Positions 49,479 through 56,529 of a stretch of DNA of 64,000 nucleotides are shown here, one piece after another; position 1 is the stretch's first letter; the number at the start of each line of letters is the position of its first letter. Source of the DNA: Pontiella sp. (lineage in GTDB: Bacteria; Verrucomicrobiota; Kiritimatiellia; Kiritimatiellales; Pontiellaceae); assembly GCA_050290185.1 (NCBI GenBank), contig JBNKHE010000001.1, positions 194,713-258,712 of the forward strand. The letters are read 5' to 3'. Under the pieces are notes generated by a model that searched no databases, was not told where the DNA came from, and saw only the letters and a list, made by a program, of their open reading frames with translations. The translations under genes were made by a program, and so were the position numbers.

Positions 49479-50185
49479 GTGATATAACAACTCTGATCTG
49501 GGCATATCTCCACGACGAACTGTCCCCGGAGAGCAGGAACCATTTTGAAAGTGCGCTGGAGGATAGTCCGAGTCTGCGCAAAGCCCTTGAAGAACAGCGG
49601 GCAACGCACGAAGAGCTAAAAAGCATCCTGCCCCTCATCGAGGCCGAAACAGCAAACGATGAGCAACAGGAAGAACAGTTGATCGCTGAATGGGAAGCGG
49701 AACATCCGGAATTCGCCGAACCGCCGCAGCAGCAAAAGTCCCAAGGCCGAATCATGCGCTTCGCGATACCACTCGCCGTTGCGGCTGCGGCGTGCGTGGT
49801 ACTGCTCGCCCTCCCCGGACATCAGGGCCCGGTCTACTGGCAGAACACGCTTTATGGTACCGCCCCGCAGTTGCGCGGCGAATCCGCAGCCCATCCGCGC
49901 TACAACCAAACCGAACTCGAGCAGGTCAGCCGGCAGCTGCAAAACATTATTGAAGACCACATCGCAAGGCTTCCCGACTCTGCCGAACCGTGGAAGCTCA
50001 AGATTCACCTGCAGGAACTGGCCGGAGGTTATCTGGCCGTAGAAGTCTCCGGACACCCCGCAAACCGGCCGAAACGCTCTCGGACATGGGATGCAACCTT
50101 CCAGGGGAAGGATCGTTTCGATGCAGAGGCTTCCGGGTTCGGCAAACGCATCGCCAACGATCTCGCGGAACAGGACGTACCATGA
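49475..50185 (+). CDS. Putative single-pass anti-sigma factor
   Basis: ATGA-coupled to the sigma gene. LIWAYLHDELSPE.R..FE..L anti-sigma-like start, central TM helix, periplasmic C-domain beginning with LRGE. Confidence 0.75.
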   Translation: MSDITTLIWAYLHDELSPESRNHFESALEDSPSLRKALEEQRATHEELKSILPLIEAETANDEQQEEQLIAEWEAEHPEFAEPPQQQKSQGRIMRFAIPLAVAAAACVVLLALPGHQGPVYWQNTLYGTAPQLRGESAAHPRYNQTELEQVSRQLQNIIEDHIARLPDSAEPWKLKIHLQELAGGYLAVEVSGHPANRPKRSRTWDATFQGKDRFDAEASGFGKRIANDLAEQDVP

Positions 50186-52083
50186 TTCGTAAAGTGCGGC
50201 TTCGATCCGGATTGCTGATCGCCGCAATGGCCCTTGTGTTCTCCGGCTGCACGTCCATTCGGAGCTACCGCAGCGCCGATCCCTACGTGATCACCCATCA
50301 TACCTGGTGGAACCATTACCAGCGCGGTCGCCTCCTGCTGCAAGAAGGAAACTATGCCGCAGCCCGCAAAGATTTCGAAATCGCCCTAGGACGGGTTCCG
50401 GGCGCGCGCTATCCCTATGCCCAGGAACGATGGCGCGCGCGCACCTACGGCATGCATATGATCGAGGGCTACTTCCCGCATCGGGAACTCGGAATCTGCC
50501 TGTTTGAAATGGATGAGCCCGCAGAAGCGTTGACCCTCTTGGAAACCTCCATGAAATTGGAACCCTCTGCTCGTGCAAAATTCTATATCAACCGCACCCA
50601 CGCAAAACTTGCCGAGGCCGCGGCACCTCCCCCCGTCATCGCGATCGATCCCCTCCCGGACTGGACCGGACAGAGGAACTACATCCTGCAGGGAACCGCC
50701 CTGGGATCAAACCGGATAGCCCGTCTCCGCATCAATGGCGAGCCGGAATTCATCGAACTGGCCACCCATCTGGTCCGTTTCCGAAAAAGCATCCCGCTCA
50801 CGGAGGGACACAATTCGATCCACATCGACGCCGAAGATATCTCCGGCAAACAGACCTCGACCAATCTGGTGCTGAGGGCCGACTGGACGCCTCCGCAAAT
50901 CTACCTCAGCCGCAACGGCACGGACCTTGTCATTACCTGCCGGGACAACCTCGGCCTCCATCAGTTGCAAACCGGCAACCGCACTCTATCCACCGACGGA
51001 ACGGAGTATACGTTTACCCAGCCGATCCTGCCGGACCAGCCCATTCGACTGACCGCCACCGATTGGGCCGGAAACAAAACCGACTGGGCGCTGTCTGAAA
51101 AAGAACTGCTGCATCTGGCCAGACGCACCGAAGCCGGACCGCCACGGGTACAAATCGACAATGCCGGAAAGAACCTCGTACTCTTCAATCCGGAATACAG
51201 CATGGATATTCGAGTGGATGATGATGTTGCGTTGAAATCGGTTGAACTCAACGGCGAAAGCTTGTTATCACGCACCACGCCCCTGTTCCGAACCCTTCGC
51301 CGCATTCCGCTTGTACCGGGCACCAACAATCTGGTCGTGATCGCCGAGGATTTTGATGGCAACCGAACGGAGAAGCGCGTCAGTGTAATTTACCGCAACC
51401 CCGAATATCTCGACCGAATCTACCGCCTCGCCGCCATGTGCTCGCCTCTTTCCGGCGAAATATCCGATCCGGCAATGGCACTACGGATCGATCACCTGAT
51501 CGAGAACACCCTGACCAGGGACCCGGTTCGATTCTACCTGCTCGCTCCAGATAACGAAACCCGGCAACTGCAAAGCGAACAGACCCTCTCGAATAGCGCC
51601 CTGGCCGACCCGCGCGCATTATTGAAAGCCGGTAAACTGCTGGATGCCGACTTGCTCTTTGCAACCCGGATATTGAGCGATGCCCCCGGGCAGACCGTTT
51701 ATACGCAGGTGCTGGACGCCCATAGCGGAGAGGAGCTGTTCATCGAGGATGTTTACGTGGAGAACCCCGATCGCTGGCCAGAGCAGTTGGATGGGCTGGT
51801 CATGAAGATTGAGCAACGTTTCCCGCTCATCCAAGGACGTGTACATACGTCGGGAAGCAGGCTGGTCATCAATGCCGGGGAGCGGAATGGCGCACAAAAG
51901 GGCATGCGGATGCTCGTGATCCGCTCCCAGGGATCCTTCGAACAGGGCCGCGTGGTCATGGACTCAAAGCGTCCGGTGGAACTCGTTATTTCCAGGGTTG
52001 CGTCCCAAACCTCCGAGGTTATAATGCCTCACGGACAACCCAGAGACTCTGTTCATGCGGGAGACTATGTTTTTTCAAGATGA
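50182..52083 (+). CDS. Lipoprotein with TPR, Ig-like repeats and CsgG/FlgT-like C-terminus
   Basis: FSGC lipobox; TPR (HYQRGRLLLQEGNYAAA); IPL..G.N.I...AED..G Ig-like units; LAD......GKLLDADLL; INAG..NG...G. Confidence 0.75.
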   Translation: MIRKVRLRSGLLIAAMALVFSGCTSIRSYRSADPYVITHHTWWNHYQRGRLLLQEGNYAAARKDFEIALGRVPGARYPYAQERWRARTYGMHMIEGYFPHRELGICLFEMDEPAEALTLLETSMKLEPSARAKFYINRTHAKLAEAAAPPPVIAIDPLPDWTGQRNYILQGTALGSNRIARLRINGEPEFIELATHLVRFRKSIPLTEGHNSIHIDAEDISGKQTSTNLVLRADWTPPQIYLSRNGTDLVITCRDNLGLHQLQTGNRTLSTDGTEYTFTQPILPDQPIRLTATDWAGNKTDWALSEKELLHLARRTEAGPPRVQIDNAGKNLVLFNPEYSMDIRVDDDVALKSVELNGESLLSRTTPLFRTLRRIPLVPGTNNLVVIAEDFDGNRTEKRVSVIYRNPEYLDRIYRLAAMCSPLSGEISDPAMALRIDHLIENTLTRDPVRFYLLAPDNETRQLQSEQTLSNSALADPRALLKAGKLLDADLLFATRILSDAPGQTVYTQVLDAHSGEELFIEDVYVENPDRWPEQLDGLVMKIEQRFPLIQGRVHTSGSRLVINAGERNGAQKGMRMLVIRSQGSFEQGRVVMDSKRPVELVISRVASQTSEVIMPHGQPRDSVHAGDYVFSR

Positions 52084-53720
52084 AATCGTACTTCCAGCCC
52101 ATTCTGCTTAGTGCCGTCGTATTGATGGTCGCGGCCTGCGGCCACAAGGAGCCAGAGACATCGCTGCAGAAAACCGGTCCGTCAACAGACCAGCCGCTTA
52201 ATTATTATGCGTTGGTGATCGGTGTCAGCGATTACTCGAGCACCGGCTGGCCGAATCTGGGAACCGCAGGCGATGACGCCAAGGCCATGGGCTCCGTTCT
52301 GCGAGACCGTTATGGCTTTAACGTCACGGAATTGACGGACAAGCAGGCAACCCGGGGGAATATCCTGCGTGCACTTGATCGGTTTATGCAGCTGACGGCC
52401 AACGATGCACTGCTCATCTATTTTGCCGGCCACGGCTATTACGACAAGCAGATGGACGAGGGCTACTGGATCCCATATGGCGCCAAGCGGCAGCGGATGG
52501 ACCAGCCAGCCAAGGAAGATTGGCTCTGGAACAGCAGCATCAACCGGGTGCTCGGCGCCCTGCCGGCCAGACATGTCTTGCTGGTCGCCGATACCTGCTA
52601 CGGCGGATCGCTTTTCCGGGGGGACGACAATCCCGACAAGTCCGGAAACTGGTACCGGCGCGCCATGTCGGTTCCGTCGCGCTACCTCATCACCAGCGGC
52701 AATCTGGAACCGGTGCTCGACAGCGGTATTCGCCATAGCGTCTTTGCACAGCAAATCCTCAACTACCTCCAATACACCGATGAGGATGTCTTTTCGGCAT
52801 CGGATATCGCCATATCCATCCGCTCCAAAGTGAGCGAGCTGACGGGACAGCTCGTGCGCATGGGCCCGTTGGCCTCCCCGGCCAATGCCGGTGGGGAATT
52901 TGTATTTGTTCGCGGTGAAACCGCATTGCCGCCGATCGAACCCGCTTCCGAAACAGCACCACAGATCACATCATTCAGCAGCACCGGAACACGCGGAGCG
53001 CTTGAGGATCTGGCCAACCAGATGGAACGCTATTCCAGCAAGGCATCAGACGACAGCTTTGTCCGTCCCCGCGTTCTCGCCTGCCTCGGACCAACCGGAG
53101 ACAATCCCGAAGAAACGGCGATGGTGCGCAATCGATTGTACGAGAGTCTGGATACAATCGGGGGATGCATCCTGGTTGAACGCGAAGCCTTCGACACCCT
53201 CCTGCAAGAAATGGAACTGGGGCAATCAAGGTTGGCCGACAAACGAGCCACGACCGAAATCGGAAAACTGCTTCCTGCCAGTCTGATTCTGTTCGGGGAA
53301 ATCATTCCCGTGGGCAACCGACAGGAAATCCACATCCGGATTGTCGATACCGAAACCTCGCGCGTACTCAGCTCCACTTCCGCGATGTTCACAAGCTACG
53401 ATGAACTGGAGGCCACCTGCCAGAAACTCGCCCGGCAGATCATGACGACCGTGAATCAGGCGCGCCCGGTATTGCTGGAGGCAAACGTTACGGACAACGG
53501 AACACTGCAAGCCGGATGGGGCCGATTCCACGGAGCCCACATCGGCGACACGTTCAAGATCATCACACGCGAGGCCGTCGGAACCATTTCCCAACGGGAT
53601 GTCCTGCTGGGAACAGCCCGTCTTCTTTCGCTGGGCGAAGAAACCGCCGAGTTCCAACCGGAATGGCGCAACTCCGAAACCAACCAGCCGGCTAGCCTGT
53701 GGCTGAAAGCAACGCTGTAA
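52080..53720 (+). CDS. Caspase-like (peptidase C14) lipoprotein with CsgG/FlgT-like C-terminus
   Basis: VAAC lipobox; YALVIG..DY, YFAGHG (catalytic His), VADTCYGG (catalytic Cys), HSVF; LVERE..D.LLQE.ELGQS...IGKLL.A. Confidence 0.88.
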   Translation: MKSYFQPILLSAVVLMVAACGHKEPETSLQKTGPSTDQPLNYYALVIGVSDYSSTGWPNLGTAGDDAKAMGSVLRDRYGFNVTELTDKQATRGNILRALDRFMQLTANDALLIYFAGHGYYDKQMDEGYWIPYGAKRQRMDQPAKEDWLWNSSINRVLGALPARHVLLVADTCYGGSLFRGDDNPDKSGNWYRRAMSVPSRYLITSGNLEPVLDSGIRHSVFAQQILNYLQYTDEDVFSASDIAISIRSKVSELTGQLVRMGPLASPANAGGEFVFVRGETALPPIEPASETAPQITSFSSTGTRGALEDLANQMERYSSKASDDSFVRPRVLACLGPTGDNPEETAMVRNRLYESLDTIGGCILVEREAFDTLLQEMELGQSRLADKRATTEIGKLLPASLILFGEIIPVGNRQEIHIRIVDTETSRVLSSTSAMFTSYDELEATCQKLARQIMTTVNQARPVLLEANVTDNGTLQAGWGRFHGAHIGDTFKIITREAVGTISQRDVLLGTARLLSLGEETAEFQPEWRNSETNQPASLWLKATL

Positions 53721-54384
53721 CAACCTCTTCGTCCGGACCCACGAGGCCCCGCATGGCCGCATGACGCATAAAGCTGGTTGCGGCGTATTGAAAATCCGCG
53801 CCTGTACTGAAATCCATCTTTGCCCGGATGCGTTCCCGGAAGCTTTCCACCGTCTTAACGCTTACGTTCATCATTGCGGCAATGCGTTGTGGAACATACC
53901 CACATCCCGTGAGGCAGAAAACCTCGGCCTCCCGCTTCGAAAGTTGCAACAGGCCTTCCTGTGTTACTTGCTCCTGCCGACGTAACTCACTCAAATACAG
54001 CATCTTCTTTCGGGCAGAACGAATGGCATCAACAAGATCCTTCATCGAATCCTGCGGAGTCACGTATCCGTCCGCTTCGGCTTGCAGGGCTTGCCCCAGA
54101 TCGGAGCTCTCAAACTCCGGGTCCCACGAAAGCGCCACAATGCTCAACCCGCAATAATCGCTTTTCAATTGCTGCAGCGAGGATATCCCGGCACTGCTCA
54201 ACGAAACATTCATGACCAGAACATGTGGCTTTTGCAGCTCGATCAAAGCCCTCACATCATCAATCCCGGATGCGATCCCGCACACATCAATACACGACTC
54301 CTGCTTTAGCCGCTCTACCATCATTCCACGCATCAGGCCATACTCATGGGCAACCACGACCCGAATCTTCTCATTCCGCACCAT
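53692..54384 (-). CDS. NarL/LuxR-family response regulator with degenerate receiver domain
   Basis: CAGGAGG RBS; LSKREAEVF..IA..MNVSVKTVESFRERI HTH; receiver lacks the canonical Asp and Lys residues. Confidence 0.88.
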   Translation of the reverse strand: MVRNEKIRVVVAHEYGLMRGMMVERLKQESCIDVCGIASGIDDVRALIELQKPHVLVMNVSLSSAGISSLQQLKSDYCGLSIVALSWDPEFESSDLGQALQAEADGYVTPQDSMKDLVDAIRSARKKMLYLSELRRQEQVTQEGLLQLSKREAEVFCLTGCGYVPQRIAAMMNVSVKTVESFRERIRAKMDFSTGADFQYAATSFMRHAAMRGLVGPDEEVVTALLSATG

Positions 54385-54439
54385 AACAACCTCCTGGTTC
54401 GATTTTACATAAGTGTTTGTCTCACCAGTCGGATGTGTA

Positions 54440-54528
54440 TGTAGGAATCTTCCCCACAAAATTAAAAAAAGGGGAAAATCCCCCACAACCAATCCCAATT
54501 AAACCTCAAGTTGGATTTTTCCCTTACA
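54440..54528. promoter_or_regulatory. Cluster of 2-3 operator copies upstream of the regulator
   Basis: TGTAGGAA-TCT-TCCCCACA (54440-58), AAGGGGAA-AAT-CCCCCACA (54469-87), GTTGGATT-TTT-CCCTTACA (54510-28, half-match). Confidence 0.65.
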
Positions 54529-54963
54529 GAATGGGTACGAAAACTTCCCCGGGAGCTGGTCGGCTCGGGGTGATAGCAATGAAAACCGGTTCTCCGTTTG
54601 GTTCGCAACTGGTTTCAGGTATCCTTTCCGGATAGCGATGCGAGTGGAGAGTGAACGGAGAATATGCCGCGATGCGACGGTGTTACGTGACCAGTTTTAG
54701 GGATGGAGAAAACGGGAAAGCCTGCATTTATTGGCGAAAACGGGTGGTATAATGAAAGAGCGAACCTCCGAAGAAGTTCGCTGAGCGTCGGAGACGAGAA
54801 GTCGTCGGTCTCCGCTTGCGCCAGAGGCGCGGCCCGGCGTGAACCTGTTCGCGTCACAGGAAAAAGAGGAAGAAAAGAGATAAAACAGGTGTTTCCGCAT
54901 GAGCCCCATCCGTAGCACGTTCCTTATTATCAGTATATCTTACCATTGATATCGTGGTGTTCC

Positions 54964-56283
54964 CTATTCCTTCCCGAGGGCGCTGAAGTTCGGGCCATCC
55001 AGTGTCATTTCATTCGGATCGGCCTTCATTTTAGGTACCAGTTTTTCGTTGACCGGAACGGTCTTGAAAACGGGGAGAACCTTGCGCGGCCCCGCATCGG
55101 ATGAAACCGTTCCATAGTTCTTCCCCTGCTGTTCGATTAGCAGACGACAACCGAACCAACCGCCGGGAATCTCGCCGATCACAACCTCCATGTCGGCCCG
55201 TTGTCCCTTTTTCAGATTAACCCAGTCCCCAACGACCAGACGGTTGGCCGCACACATATAGTTATTATCCCTATTGACAGACTGTCCATCGTCGCCCTTG
55301 ATTCCACCTAGCAGACCGCTAAATCCTCCGCCGTCGACAATCCCCTGGGCGAGCTTCGGAAAGACATCCCGCCAGTCAGCACCCTTGAATGCCCCATAGT
55401 CGGCCCGGTTGATCTGGAATTTCCGACTCTCCTCGTCGCGACTCTTCCAACTGGTCATCCTGCCGATATGCTCAGGCCAGCAGGCATCCAGAACCAGCCG
55501 TCGATTCACCCGAACCACCAGCACATCGTCCGCCAAGCCCCAAAACCGGAATTTCCCGTCTTCAGGCGCGACAATCTGGCCCCGGTAGACGCAAATCCAG
55601 TAGCTCGGCTTCACTTGGTCTGCCACGTCAAAAGCCTTTGGGGCGGCATTGGCAGACATCGGCGGAAAATTGAACGCAGTGACATATTTTTGTTTGGGGG
55701 CAACGAAATAGTCCCTCAGCTCCGCGGCCTTCATGCCCGATCGAATGAATCGGTTTATTTCCTGCATGCACAAATTCTGTGCCTCGGGGTTGAATGTGTT
55801 TTTCTCCGCCAACTTCCCGATATCCGTAAGTTTATGGTCCGGCGTTTGTTTCAGATCATAGAAATGGCCGATGAACTCGTTTCCGCTCCCCCGGCTTTTA
55901 CTGCTGCCGAACAAATCCATGTCAAAATTAAATCCGAGCCCTCCTAAACCCTCTCCACGACCGGCACCCATCCCCCCCACTACGCCGACGATTTCCGGCA
56001 TTTGTATTGTGACGGCCTTAAGCTTCGGCTTTGCGATGATGTTCTGCCGCAGTTTGGGAGCCTGCGTTTTCTTTTGCTTGACCGGCACTTGAAGTTTTCG
56101 AAGCTTCATTTTCGGACGTTTAACTTCCGTAGCCTCAAAACTCTGCTCGGGCTTGATGATCACCTGCACGGCAACAAAAGAGAAGGCCACGATAAGCAAT
56201 ACCGCGTGTATAATGACGCTCACGACCAGCGCACTCGATTTCCTGTGATTTAGAAAGTACCGCTTTTTGGGTTTGTTATCCAT
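54964..56283 (-). CDS. Membrane-anchored hypothetical protein with TonB-like N-terminus and PA14-like domain
   Basis: SVIIHAVLL TM (SxxxH), Lys/Pro-rich linker, G.I.APEDGKFRFWG.ADD.L.V.VN. Confidence 0.65.
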   Translation of the reverse strand: MDNKPKKRYFLNHRKSSALVVSVIIHAVLLIVAFSFVAVQVIIKPEQSFEATEVKRPKMKLRKLQVPVKQKKTQAPKLRQNIIAKPKLKAVTIQMPEIVGVVGGMGAGRGEGLGGLGFNFDMDLFGSSKSRGSGNEFIGHFYDLKQTPDHKLTDIGKLAEKNTFNPEAQNLCMQEINRFIRSGMKAAELRDYFVAPKQKYVTAFNFPPMSANAAPKAFDVADQVKPSYWICVYRGQIVAPEDGKFRFWGLADDVLVVRVNRRLVLDACWPEHIGRMTSWKSRDEESRKFQINRADYGAFKGADWRDVFPKLAQGIVDGGGFSGLLGGIKGDDGQSVNRDNNYMCAANRLVVGDWVNLKKGQRADMEVVIGEIPGGWFGCRLLIEQQGKNYGTVSSDAGPRKVLPVFKTVPVNEKLVPKMKADPNEMTLDGPNFSALGKE

Positions 56284-56468
56284 TTCGATCTCGGTCCATT
56301 ACCTGGCCTGCAACAGGCCGCCAGTGGTTCGCTTGTTTCCCGACATGTATTGAACAGACTATAGGCAGCCCCCGCCTTTTCAATCCGCATTTTCGAACGG
56401 AGCATTCTGAAACATGAAACTGCCGAGTCATTTCTCTGCATAGAAAAAACGGGGCGGCGAAGATGGGC

Positions 56469-56504
56469 AAAAACAATCGGCGGGATGCAAGCGCACCCCG
56501 CCGA
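56469..56504 (-). terminator. Terminator after the LamG-like gene
   Basis: Minus strand TCGGCGGGGTGC...GCATCCCGCCGA followed by TTGTTTTT. Confidence 0.7.
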
Positions 56505-56529
56505 CCATCTTGATCAACGTGCAATCGGG

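Noticed and set aside
44096..54528. 19-bp palindromes as CRISPR repeats or terminators
   Set aside because: Spacing is irregular and up to kb-scale, they sit upstream of start codons, and they lack consistent U-tracts.
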